From Elusimicrobiota bacterium (GTDB taxonomy: Bacteria; Elusimicrobiota; Elusimicrobia; UBA1565; UBA9628): 64,000 nucleotides of DNA. The notes under the pieces were generated by a model. It saw only the letters and a program-made list of their open reading frames with translations. It ran no database searches and was not told the origin of the DNA. This document shows, piece after piece, positions 34,226 through 43,758 of this stretch; the first letter of the stretch is position 1, and every line of letters begins with the position of its first letter. The translations under genes and the position numbers were made by a program. The DNA is taken from assembly GCA_027319565.1 (NCBI GenBank), contig DAHVNA010000001.1, positions 46,806 to 110,805 on the forward strand. The letters run 5' to 3'.

Positions 34226-36112
34226 CTACAGGCATTTTTCATGCCAGAGTTCGAGCATTAAAAGAGCCCACAGGCGATATCCATGATCGCGCCTTGCGCT
34301 CTGATGCTCTTCCCACAGCTTGAGGAGGGCTTTTTCCGCGAAATATCCGCGCGCAAGAGCTTGCGGACTAAGAACATGGGCTTCCCAGAAATTTTTGAGC
34401 GGTCCCCTAAACCATGTTCCCAGCGGAATCCCAAAGCCCATTTTTTTTCGGTTCAAGATGGAAGGGGGAAGCTTGTCTTTAAAGGCTTCTTTTAAAATCC
34501 ATTTATGGCCGCGCAGTCCCTTGAGTTTCCAGTTTCCGGGCAGGCCAAAGACGAGCTCCACGAACTCATGATCCAGAAAGGGCGAGCGCGCCTCGAGAGA
34601 ATTAGCCATAGAAGCGATGTCAACCTTGGTCATCAGACACTCCGGAAGGTAGGTCTTAAAATCAACGTAGAGCATCTGATTGACGAAATCTTCTTTCTTT
34701 GAGCGTTCAAAATAATCGGCGAAATAGCGCGCGGCTTGATCTTGGGTCCCAAGGCGCTTTAGAAACTCCGGCTGATAAAGGCCGGTTTTGTCTTCCTCGG
34801 AAAAAAATCCGATCATCTTAAGATGGCGGTGGGAAATATCGCTAAACACGGCGGAGCGGAAAAACCGCTTGAGCCTCCAGAAAAAACCGTAAGGCGCGTC
34901 GTATTCCGGAAGATTTTCGGCGGCGGCTTTAAGCGCGCTTAGGGCGGAAGGCGGCAGATGATCGAAAATTTTTCCCAGTTTCATCGCGAAATAGCGGATG
35001 TAACCCGCGAAATTCTCGTCTCCCCCGTCTCCGTTTAAGGCGACGGTGACATGTTTTCGGGTTTCTTGGGAGACGTAATAAGAAGGAAGAGCGGAGGGAT
35101 CGGCATAAGGCTCTCCGTAATGCCAGGCGAGTTTGGGCAGAATTTCTGCCATCTGGGGCTTGACGATAAATTCGGCGTGTTCGCAGGCGTATTTTTCGGC
35201 GATTTGGCGCGCGAAAGGCAGTTCCGAAAATTCTTTTTCGTCAAAGCCGATGGAAAATGTCTTGACCGGACGGGAAGACAATTCGCTCATCAGGGCGACG
35301 ACAATTGAAGAATCAATCCCGCCGGATAAAAACGCGCCAAGAGGGACATCCGCAATCATCCGGAGGCGGACCGATTCTTTGAGTTTTTCTCGGATCTGAA
35401 TTTGGGCCTCTTGCCAGTCAATTTTAAGCGGCGGTTTTCCAAGAGGCAGTTCCCAATACGGTTCGACGCTCGTTTGTCCATTTTGATAAACGAGTTTGTG
35501 CCCGGGCGGCAGTTTTTTTACCCGCGCATAAATGGTTTGGGGCGAGGGGATATACTGCAGGGATAGAAAAAGATCAATGGCCCCGGGGTTAATTTCTTTC
35601 GAGATATTCTCAAGAGCGAACAGGCAGCGGAGTTCGGAGGCAAAAGCGATAAAACCGCTGTTTTGGTGGTAGACCAAGGGCTTTTTCCCGATTCGGTCTC
35701 TCGCGAGAAGAAGGCGTTTTTTGGGTTTATCCCAAAGGGCGAAGGCGAACATTCCTCTCAGGCGGGAGAGGCACTCATCCCCCATTTTTTTATAGAGGGC
35801 CAAGATGACTTCGGTATCGCTGTGGGTCTTAAATTGAAAGCCCTCGGCCTCAAGCTCCTGTTTGAGCTCCTGAAAATTATAAATCTCGCCGTTAAAGACA
35901 ATCCAAAGAGACTCATTGTCGTAAGACAGAGGCTGATGTCCGGTTTTAAGATCGATGACCGACAAACGCCGCATCGCCAGGCCCAAGCCGCTTTCCAGGT
36001 GAAAGCCTTCGTCGTCGGGGCCGCGATGGGAGATTAAATCGTTGGCGGCTTTAAGGCGGCCGGCGTCGACTATGCGTCCGTCTTGGTAGGCTATTCCACA
36101 GATTCCACACAT
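34226..36112 (-). CDS. asnB: Asparagine synthase (glutamine-hydrolysing)
   Basis: MCGICGIAY (Ntn Cys2) and SGGIDSS PP-loop. 628 aa. Confidence 0.93.
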   Translation of the reverse strand: MCGICGIAYQDGRIVDAGRLKAANDLISHRGPDDEGFHLESGLGLAMRRLSVIDLKTGHQPLSYDNESLWIVFNGEIYNFQELKQELEAEGFQFKTHSDTEVILALYKKMGDECLSRLRGMFAFALWDKPKKRLLLARDRIGKKPLVYHQNSGFIAFASELRCLFALENISKEINPGAIDLFLSLQYIPSPQTIYARVKKLPPGHKLVYQNGQTSVEPYWELPLGKPPLKIDWQEAQIQIREKLKESVRLRMIADVPLGAFLSGGIDSSIVVALMSELSSRPVKTFSIGFDEKEFSELPFARQIAEKYACEHAEFIVKPQMAEILPKLAWHYGEPYADPSALPSYYVSQETRKHVTVALNGDGGDENFAGYIRYFAMKLGKIFDHLPPSALSALKAAAENLPEYDAPYGFFWRLKRFFRSAVFSDISHRHLKMIGFFSEEDKTGLYQPEFLKRLGTQDQAARYFADYFERSKKEDFVNQMLYVDFKTYLPECLMTKVDIASMANSLEARSPFLDHEFVELVFGLPGNWKLKGLRGHKWILKEAFKDKLPPSILNRKKMGFGIPLGTWFRGPLKNFWEAHVLSPQALARGYFAEKALLKLWEEHQSARRDHGYRLWALLMLELWHEKCL

Positions 36113-36113
36113 A

Positions 36114-37271
36114 TTAATGAGTTAAAGAGAGTCTATATATTGTCTCATAACGTTCGGCGGTTTTATCTATTGAATAAAATTCTTCAACCCGTTTACGGGC
36201 AGCTCTTCCCATTTCTTCCGCTAAGTGCGGATGGGTCAGAAATTTCGATGTTTGAGCTTGAATCTCTTCCTCGCTGTCGGGGCGAAACAAAAAACCGGTC
36301 GTTCCGTCGATGACGGCTTCGGCGTTTCCGCCCACCCGGCTGGCTAAGGCCGCCAGGCCACAGGCCATCGCTTCTAAAAGCGAATTAGACAAGCCTTCCG
36401 CCAATGAGGGGAGAACAAAAACATCGGCGGCGGGATAAACGGCGGCTAAATTAGTTTGAGGGGGATAAAAATGAACGCGATCTAAGATGCCGGCTTGCTC
36501 GGCGGTTTTCCTGATGGCCTTTTCCTCAAAGCCTTCTCCAAAGAGAGCCAAAGAGGCTGGAATTTTAGCCTTCTTGATCGCTTCCGCCCAGGCGTCGATA
36601 AAAAAAGGAAGATGCTTTTGCGGGGCGAATCTGCCGGTGTAGAGAAAAACGATATCTTCAAGCGGCAATCTCCATTTCGTGCGCAAAACCTTTTTTGCCG
36701 TAGATGAGGGGCGAAATTTTCGTAGGTCCACCCCATTGGGAATTCTCTGAATGGAAACTTCGCCCAGGTATTTTTTTGCTTCCATTTCTTGTTCGAGAGT
36801 CAGCGCGATAAAAGACGGTCGAAGCAGTTTTAATAGCAGAATTTTTATTTTGCCCAGGAGAGTTTGAGAGGACATTTTCAATTCTCCGAATTCTCCGGCG
36901 GCGCCCAGTTTGATAAAGACCGGCTTTCGAAAAATTTTTCCTAAAAACGCCGCGGCCAGAGCCGGAGAACTCGCCAGATGGGCGTGAAAAATATCGTAAG
37001 AGCGCGCGTTCAAAATTAAGCGCCAAGAAAGAGAAATCATAAAGCTTAACGAATTTAAAAGTCCGGAGCCAAAACAGCGCAACCGATAAACGGAAATCCC
37101 GTTGATTTCCTCAAAACTCTTAAGTCCTTTCTTTCTTTGAGTGAAAACCGAAACCTTAATTCCCCGATTTTTAAGCGAACTTGCCAATGTCAGCGCTTGC
37201 CTTTCGGCTCCGCCAATATGAGGGTAGAAGTTGGCGCTGATCATTAAAATCGAAAAAGAGGTCTCGGCCAT
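36114..37271 (-). CDS. Glycosyltransferase family 4 (GT-B, RfaB-like)
   Basis: ISANFYPHIGGAERQAL at the N-terminus and the EGLSNSLLEAMACGLA...G E-x7-E region. The ATG at 37271 shares 1 nt with the upstream stop. Confidence 0.85.
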   Translation of the reverse strand: MAETSFSILMISANFYPHIGGAERQALTLASSLKNRGIKVSVFTQRKKGLKSFEEINGISVYRLRCFGSGLLNSLSFMISLSWRLILNARSYDIFHAHLASSPALAAAFLGKIFRKPVFIKLGAAGEFGELKMSSQTLLGKIKILLLKLLRPSFIALTLEQEMEAKKYLGEVSIQRIPNGVDLRKFRPSSTAKKVLRTKWRLPLEDIVFLYTGRFAPQKHLPFFIDAWAEAIKKAKIPASLALFGEGFEEKAIRKTAEQAGILDRVHFYPPQTNLAAVYPAADVFVLPSLAEGLSNSLLEAMACGLAALASRVGGNAEAVIDGTTGFLFRPDSEEEIQAQTSKFLTHPHLAEEMGRAARKRVEEFYSIDKTAERYETIYRLSLTH

Positions 37272-38263
37272 TAATTTTTTTCCTTGAGGACGCTGGTTTG
37301 AGCGGAGATGTCGGCCAGCGAAAATCCTATTTGTGAAAGACAAAAAAGACCGAAGAAAGTCACCGTTAAATACATGGCCGCATGGGTCAAGAGGGCGAAA
37401 GCCAGCGAAGAATCGAGGGGAGTTTTGAGCTTGAGCATGATATTTTCAACCAGGACCTCAAAAGCGCCGAAACTTCCCGGAGCGGCGGGCAAGGCCGAGG
37501 CAGCGGCGGCCCAGGACAAAACCAAGATAGAACCCGGATATCCGAGAGAAATTCCTAGGGCCTTGGCCCCGGTCCAGTAGGTCAATGCGTCGGCGCACCA
37601 CAGGGCAAGGCTTAAGGCAACGCAGATCGAGGCGGTTTTTATATTTTTAAGCGCGGCGGCTCCGTTAAAGAGACCTTCAAACATCTCGGAAACCTTGGGC
37701 CATCGGGAAAAATAACGGTTGACTAGCGAGATTAAAAAATTCTTTTTTTCCTCGGCAAAGATTAAAAAAATCAGTCCGCCAATGGTGAGAAAAAGAAAGA
37801 AGAGGACGGAGTGGCGCAGCGTTTGCGGGACTAGCTTGGGATAAAAAGGCGCGACCATGGTAAAAAGAAAAAGCAAGGAGGCTAAATCGAGAACTCGTTC
37901 GATGGCGACGCTAGACAGGCTTGCGCTTAAGGGAATTTCTAATTCCCGGCCGGCTAAAACCGCGCGCGCAAGTTCCCCTAAACGCATGAAAAGGACATTA
38001 TTGACGGCAAGTCCCGCGGCCTCCAAACAGAGAAGCTTGGCCGGAGACGCTTGCGGACTGACAAAGAAAAGAAGGGCTTTCCATCTCAACGCGCGGATAA
38101 AGAGATCGAGAAATATGATAGATAACATGGCTAATATCCATTGCGGGCGGGCGCGGGCGAGAATTTCTAAAAGAGCGGGCAGCGGCACATGCCGAAACGC
38201 CAGCCAAATAAACAGGGCGCTCAAGGAAATCGAGAGAACCACGAATAGATGCCGGCGATTCAT
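37271..38263 (-). CDS. Flippase-like membrane protein (lysylphosphatidylglycerol-synthase TM-region family, UPF0104)
   Basis: About 330 aa and 8 TM. The N-terminus LFIWLAFRHVPLPALLEILARARPQWILAMLSIIFLDLFIRALRWKALL is typical of this family. Confidence 0.65.
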   Translation of the reverse strand: MNRRHLFVVLSISLSALFIWLAFRHVPLPALLEILARARPQWILAMLSIIFLDLFIRALRWKALLFFVSPQASPAKLLCLEAAGLAVNNVLFMRLGELARAVLAGRELEIPLSASLSSVAIERVLDLASLLFLFTMVAPFYPKLVPQTLRHSVLFFLFLTIGGLIFLIFAEEKKNFLISLVNRYFSRWPKVSEMFEGLFNGAAALKNIKTASICVALSLALWCADALTYWTGAKALGISLGYPGSILVLSWAAAASALPAAPGSFGAFEVLVENIMLKLKTPLDSSLAFALLTHAAMYLTVTFFGLFCLSQIGFSLADISAQTSVLKEKN

Positions 38264-40092
38264 GGGATTTTTAATACGAGAGAAAACCAAATGAGCCAGG
38301 CGGCCATTGAAATCAGAATTAAGATGGTCCAATAGTTGGGACAATAGATAAAGTCGACGCTGAAAGCGCCTGAGGCTTTTGCGGGTTTAACAACCAGGGA
38401 GAGAAATCCATTCCAGGAAACAATGGAAGTTTTTTTGCCGTTCCAATAAGCTTGCCAATTGCGATAAAAAGGTTCGGAAACAACCAGGGCTTTGGCCGTT
38501 TCATTCACCTCCCCGGAAATCCGCCAATGGTTTTCATTGAGGATGTTGAGCGCGGGATTTCCCGGAAGACGTTGTTTTTCTTGATTGACAAAATAGGCGA
38601 GAGAATTGGGAGGCGAGACGGAGATAATCGAATCTGGTTTGAGAAAAACCCAATTGACTCCCAAATCCTTCATTTCCGGGGTGTCCCACTTTTGCAGATA
38701 ACTTCGGCTGGCATCCGCGGCGGGACGGCCTTCGCTTCTAAAAGCGTAATCCGGAAATCCTTTAAGATAAAAGGCCTCATAACCATTGACGTTCATTACA
38801 TGATACATCATCGCCTTGTCGGGGTTTCCAATAGCGGGGGAGATTAAAACCCTTCCTGGTTTCCCCGATAACGTTTGCGCGAAAAAATGGTGAGGCCGAA
38901 GATAAGGTGCGGCGTCTTGGGCCTTAACCAAGTCGCGGTTTAAGATTAAAAGCTGAAAGAAAGACAGCGCGGCTAAAATAGCGAGCGGAACTTGAGCGGA
39001 TTTTTTGAAAGATTTTAAAGCGCTTCCAGCGGCACAAAAAAATCCCCAGAGGCACAGAAAAGAAAAGCGAGAAGGCGTTCTTAAAAAGTGAAGCGGCGTA
39101 TGCGATAAAAGCCATGGATAGGCCGGGTTGTGTCGCCCAAGGGCCAAGAAAATTCCAGTGGCGATGAGAAGAGAAAAAAAACTAAACGGTTTTTTTAAGA
39201 CTCCAAGTCCGGCCAGCAAAAGGACAATGAGCCCGGGAAAAGCGGAAGAGTTTTCCAAAATGACCGACACCGGCGTTGTCGCGTTCATGAGTCCTTTAAG
39301 CCCAAGTCCTGGCCATATCCAAGAGAGAAATTCTTTTTTGTCCACCGAATACCCGAGAGAATAAAGAAGCGTCCAATTCTCGCGAATGGAATGAAAGAGA
39401 AATTGTGCGGTCATCACCCATTGGATGGAAGCTAAAAAGGCCGCAAAGGCGGAAGAGAGAAGAAATGTTTTGAGTAGCTCTTTGTGAAACTTGGAAAAAC
39501 ACGCCCATAAAAGCATCGCAAAGGCGTTGATGATCATGAATTGGGGATGGCCTGAAAAAAATTGAAGAGCCCAAATTCCGGACAGGAGAATTTTATTCTG
39601 AAAGAGAAAAGCGGTCCAAGCCCACGGCACCCAAGCGAGAGAAGCGAGAATGGTCGGAATGCCTTCGGCGATTCGACCGGTTAAAAACGGGCAGAGCCCG
39701 TAGGAAATTCCCAGAATCCAAGCGGCTTCGGACTTGAGTCCTTGGGATTTTCCTAAAAGAGCCATTCCGAGTCCCGCCCACCATAGATGAAAAAGATTTT
39801 CAAAAGAGAAGGAAAAAAGAAGCGGAAAAATTTTACCGACGACGGCCAGGGGATAAAAAAGGGCGGCTTGCGAATTAGCCGCCAAGGGAACTCCGCCAAA
39901 AATATAAGGATTCCAAAAAGGGAATTGCCCTTTTTGAAGGCAGTTGAGAGCGGTTTCCCGGAGGGGATAATGGTAAAAATAGAGGTCTCCGAAATTGAAA
40001 AGCCCGGTATGCGGAGTCCACCAGGAAAATCCCGGTAGAAATAAGATTAAAAGAGACCAGAGAAATAAAAAAACAAAATCTTTCTTTGTCAT
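38260..40092 (-). CDS. YfhO-like GT-C membrane glycosyltransferase (paralog 1)
   Basis: 610 aa, polytopic N-terminus plus a periplasmic C-terminal domain. Contains GDLYFYHYPLRETALNCLQKGQFPFWNPYIFGGVPLAANSQAALFYP. Confidence 0.6.
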   Translation of the reverse strand: MTKKDFVFLFLWSLLILFLPGFSWWTPHTGLFNFGDLYFYHYPLRETALNCLQKGQFPFWNPYIFGGVPLAANSQAALFYPLAVVGKIFPLLFSFSFENLFHLWWAGLGMALLGKSQGLKSEAAWILGISYGLCPFLTGRIAEGIPTILASLAWVPWAWTAFLFQNKILLSGIWALQFFSGHPQFMIINAFAMLLWACFSKFHKELLKTFLLSSAFAAFLASIQWVMTAQFLFHSIRENWTLLYSLGYSVDKKEFLSWIWPGLGLKGLMNATTPVSVILENSSAFPGLIVLLLAGLGVLKKPFSFFSLLIATGIFLALGRHNPAYPWLLSHTPLHFLRTPSRFSFLCLWGFFCAAGSALKSFKKSAQVPLAILAALSFFQLLILNRDLVKAQDAAPYLRPHHFFAQTLSGKPGRVLISPAIGNPDKAMMYHVMNVNGYEAFYLKGFPDYAFRSEGRPAADASRSYLQKWDTPEMKDLGVNWVFLKPDSIISVSPPNSLAYFVNQEKQRLPGNPALNILNENHWRISGEVNETAKALVVSEPFYRNWQAYWNGKKTSIVSWNGFLSLVVKPAKASGAFSVDFIYCPNYWTILILISMAAWLIWFSLVLKIP

Positions 40093-40799
40093 TTTCCTAG
40101 AACGGCCAAACGCAAAATCCAGAAATACCCATAGGCCAATTTCCCCAGATTAAGTTTTGAAAATCCCATCTTTCGATCGACAAAGCGAATCGGTATCTCT
40201 TGTATCTTGATTTTTTTGCGCGCGGCTCTAAAGAGAGCTTCGTGGACGATGGCAGGGCCGCGGGCGCGCAGGCTTTGAGGCTCTATCGCTTGAAGGGCCT
40301 TTCGGCTCCAGGCACGGTATCCGGAATTGGCGTCTTTAACGTTAATTCTAAGAAGAGAGCGGGCATAGAAATTAGCCCAACGGGTTAAAATCTGCCGCCC
40401 CTTAGGGCGTTCAGTGTCGGAGCCGCCTTGAATAAAACGAGAACCGATGACCAGTTCTGAATTTTCAAGGGCCTTGAGCATTTGCGGGATGGACTTGGGA
40501 TCGTGGGAAAAATCCGCGTCCATTTCGATGGCGGCGTCAAAATTTTTTTCTAGCGCGTAGAGAAAAAGATCCCGTCCCGCGGCTCCGCGACCATAGGGCG
40601 GCTTTCGCTTTAATATCGAAATTAAAGGATAGCGATTTCGGAGATTTTCGGCGATTTTGGCGGTATTGTCCGGGCTTGCGTCGTCGGCAATCAATATTTC
40701 AAGTCCGGGAATTTGGAGAGAAAAAATTTCTTCTATTAAATGCGCGATATTTTCCGATTCGCAATAAGTGGGAATGCAAACGAGAACCCGGGAATTCAT
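40089..40799 (-). CDS. GT2 polyprenyl-phosphate glycosyltransferase (Dpm1/CsbB/GtrB-like)
   Basis: VLVCIPTYCESENI...ILIADDASPDNT...MDADFSHDP (DxD)...GSRF. The ATG at 40799 overlaps the upstream stop. Confidence 0.85.
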   Translation of the reverse strand: MNSRVLVCIPTYCESENIAHLIEEIFSLQIPGLEILIADDASPDNTAKIAENLRNRYPLISILKRKPPYGRGAAGRDLFLYALEKNFDAAIEMDADFSHDPKSIPQMLKALENSELVIGSRFIQGGSDTERPKGRQILTRWANFYARSLLRINVKDANSGYRAWSRKALQAIEPQSLRARGPAIVHEALFRAARKKIKIQEIPIRFVDRKMGFSKLNLGKLAYGYFWILRLAVLGK

Positions 40800-41806
40800 A
40801 TGAGACGCTTGACAGCAGAGAATACCCGGGACTCTGAAATCGTGTTGAGGCAGCTGTTCTCTCTTGAGCAGTGAGGGCGGTAAAAGCAATCGCAGGGCTG
40901 GGCGACTATTTTTTCTCCTTGGCCGAAGACATCGAGTTCGGATGAAGAGGTCGGCCCAATGAGAACCAGGACCTTTTTTTTAAGAGCCGTCGCTATATGA
41001 AAGGCGAGACTGTCGGTGGTAATCAGGATTTCGCAAAAGTCGATCAAGGCGGCAAAGGCTTTAATGGGCATGGGGGGCGGCACTATGACGCCACTCAAGC
41101 CTTTTGAGATCGTCTTATTCCGTTTCTTTTCTTCCCGGCCTCCCAAGAGAAGAATTGGTTTTTTAAGCGCGGATAATTTTTTTAAAATCTCCCGCGATTT
41201 TGCCACAGACAATTCTTTGGAAGGCCATCGGCTTCCTGCTCCGGGGTTAAACCCGATGGCGCCGCCGCTAAGAGAATGTTTCCTCGCGAAATTGAAGGCG
41301 GTTTTTCGCTCGGATTCCGTTAGAAAAATTTGCGGGCGAGCGATTTCGCTTTTTTTAAACCGCGACAGGCCTAAAATGGAGAGCCACAGATCGAAAAAGG
41401 TTTTCCGGTTGAGCCGTTTAAGATTATCGGCTTTCTTTTTGTCGGGGTTTAAAAGGCTCATTTGATAATAGGGGGCGCTGTCATCGGTATAGGATAATTT
41501 TCCATCTTTAACGATTACCCCGGTGATTTTTGGGGAAAAGGATTCTTGGGCGGTTTGGGCGAGGGCTTTGTCTTCTTCAAGGCTGAGCGTCCAGTCAAAT
41601 TTTTGCGCGATCTGTCTTGGAGCGGTGAAAATCTTTTCAATCAAGGGGTTTTGCGCGAGAAGGAACTTTGCTTCTTTTGAAGTCAACCAGAAAATTCTCG
41701 CGCGATAAGCGCAAGACAAGGGCCGAAGTAGAGCCGTTGTCCGCAATACGTCGCCCAAGGCTCCGGTTTTAACGATCAAAATCGTGATTTGTTTTTTTCT
41801 TCTCAA
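40796..41806 (-). CDS. Glycosyltransferase family 9 (heptosyltransferase-like)
   Basis: ILIVKTGALGDVLRTTALLRPL, GFNPGAGSRWPSK and ITTDSLAFHIATAL. A TTG start overlapping the upstream TGA (TTGA) is proposed. The ORF-track start at 41887 overlaps the preceding gene by 85 nt. Confidence 0.8.
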   Translation of the reverse strand: MRRKKQITILIVKTGALGDVLRTTALLRPLSCAYRARIFWLTSKEAKFLLAQNPLIEKIFTAPRQIAQKFDWTLSLEEDKALAQTAQESFSPKITGVIVKDGKLSYTDDSAPYYQMSLLNPDKKKADNLKRLNRKTFFDLWLSILGLSRFKKSEIARPQIFLTESERKTAFNFARKHSLSGGAIGFNPGAGSRWPSKELSVAKSREILKKLSALKKPILLLGGREEKKRNKTISKGLSGVIVPPPMPIKAFAALIDFCEILITTDSLAFHIATALKKKVLVLIGPTSSSELDVFGQGEKIVAQPCDCFYRPHCSRENSCLNTISESRVFSAVKRLI

Positions 41807-43758
41807 TGCCTTAATTCTCTCATTTTGCTGGCGGCGTAGAAAAATAAAAAGATGAACGAAAAAACGGTAATGAGAATTCCCCGCCAAACGGCGTCGGAAT
41901 CATAAACCAGAAACAGAGCGGACCAGCCTTGGGGAACTTCTATTTTTTGAAACGCCTTTAAGGCCGGCTGGCTGGCAATGGGCCTGGTCGCCCCAGAAGC
42001 TTTTAAATATCCCTTCCATCCTGGATAGCGGGCTTCGGAGAGAAATACCCAGCCCGGGCGACCGTTGCCCGATATTTGATACCCATTTGCGTTTTTTAAA
42101 TTCTCGACCTTGAGAGGCTCAAGCGCGATATCAGGCTTTGGAATGGCCAGTCCCGCGGGAAAAAAGTTCCCGGCTTGAGGGGAAAGAAAATAGGCGCGGC
42201 TTAAATTTTTTGATGAGACAATTTCATACCTTTGCCAGACCAAGAGACCTTGATATTGGAGGCTTCGGGTTTGGGGAATTTTTGACGGGCTCAGCAGATA
42301 TCGGATATCGGCCCAGGGCATGATTTTTTGGGCGTGATGAAGGCCGTTTGAGCCGTAGAGAAAATCCATCAGGGCGTAGTTGTCCGCCGGAACGAGCGGT
42401 TGACCGAAATTTCCCGCCGCGGATAACTCAAAGGGGGAATTGGTCAGCCCGTAGAGGCGGCTTTTCCAATCGTAGATTCCTTGTCCCGATGTTTTTTCAA
42501 GAGCGAGCGGAGAGAGAAGGTAGCGGTTTGAACCTAAATTATTTTGCAGAAATTCCACCAGAGGACCTTTGTAGGGAAAAAATGAGAAAGGCTCAAGCGG
42601 GAAGGCCTTAAAAGCGTAGAAGGAAAGTTCCGCGGCCAGCAACACAGCCGGAAGGCAAGGAGAAACCTTAGGGATATCAATGATTCGCTGGGCGCCCAGA
42701 GCGGCGGCGAGAGCGGCCGGAACCAAGATGAGATAAGAAATGTTTCCGGGATAACGAATGAATCTTAGAAAAGGGATATGAATCCAAAGATAAGAAGAAA
42801 AAGCGTTGGCGCCAGCCAGGCTAAGAATGAGAATCAAGGATATCCATAAAAGCCAAAAGATTTTCTTTTTTAAAGGCATTTGGCTCAAACCCAGCAGGAC
42901 TAAAAAAAATCCGCTGAAGCCGGCGTAAAGGCATGTCCACCAATTGACGGCGGGATTAAAACGGCTGAGCCCGCTTAAAGCCGGACTAATCCACTGAAGA
43001 AGATCAAGCGCTCGCAAATGAAATTGAAAGGCTTCCGCTTGAGTGATCCCCAAAGCTCTAACGGAATTTTGAAAGAGTTCGCTCGCGGGCACAAGAAGCG
43101 CGGCGGAAAAGCCAAGGGAGAAAACGCAGCCCGCTAAAAGCCGCAGCGAGGTCTCCAAGAATTTTCGTCGTGTCGTTAAGACAAGCAAAATGCTTGAAAA
43201 AACAGCTCCGGCCAAAAAAGGAGGATAGCCCGCGAAAAAAACGGCGCTAAGAGTCAAAGCGAAAAAAATTGGAATATCCAAAAATAAAAATAAGCCTGGA
43301 AACAATGAAAAAGAAGAAAGGTGATTGAGAAAGGGTTCGCGGCTGATGGCGATTCCGCTGAATCCCCAAATGAGTCCGGCGCAGAGGCTTGCGGGATGGG
43401 AAAAACCCAGCGAGCGAATCCATAAGTAACATAAAAAACAGGCGAGCCAGTAATGCAGGATATGAAACAGAAAAAGAGCCGCCGGAAATTTAAAGAAATC
43501 AAAAATAATGGAGGCGGGATAGTAGAGACCGTCCTGCATGGCGGCGGCTTGCGGCATCCCGAAATAAAGATAGGGATTCCAAAGAGGCAAGCGCCCAGTC
43601 ATTAATTCTTGACTGTCAAAGATTCTCCACGGATGCTGAAGATAGGTCAAATCTCCCCAAAAAGGGGATAGTCCCCTTATAAAGGGAAACAAGAATGGGG
43701 GCAAACATATAAAGGCAAAAAAAATCGCGGCCCGCGCGTAAGAGTTGTTTCGATTCAT
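41803..43758 (-). CDS. YfhO-like GT-C membrane glycosyltransferase (paralog 2)
   Basis: 651 aa. GDLTYLQHPWRIFDSQELMTGRLPLWNPYLYFGMPQAAAMQDGLYYP parallels the motif in paralog 1. Confidence 0.6.
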   Translation of the reverse strand: MNRNNSYARAAIFFAFICLPPFLFPFIRGLSPFWGDLTYLQHPWRIFDSQELMTGRLPLWNPYLYFGMPQAAAMQDGLYYPASIIFDFFKFPAALFLFHILHYWLACFLCYLWIRSLGFSHPASLCAGLIWGFSGIAISREPFLNHLSSFSLFPGLFLFLDIPIFFALTLSAVFFAGYPPFLAGAVFSSILLVLTTRRKFLETSLRLLAGCVFSLGFSAALLVPASELFQNSVRALGITQAEAFQFHLRALDLLQWISPALSGLSRFNPAVNWWTCLYAGFSGFFLVLLGLSQMPLKKKIFWLLWISLILILSLAGANAFSSYLWIHIPFLRFIRYPGNISYLILVPAALAAALGAQRIIDIPKVSPCLPAVLLAAELSFYAFKAFPLEPFSFFPYKGPLVEFLQNNLGSNRYLLSPLALEKTSGQGIYDWKSRLYGLTNSPFELSAAGNFGQPLVPADNYALMDFLYGSNGLHHAQKIMPWADIRYLLSPSKIPQTRSLQYQGLLVWQRYEIVSSKNLSRAYFLSPQAGNFFPAGLAIPKPDIALEPLKVENLKNANGYQISGNGRPGWVFLSEARYPGWKGYLKASGATRPIASQPALKAFQKIEVPQGWSALFLVYDSDAVWRGILITVFSFIFLFFYAASKMRELRH

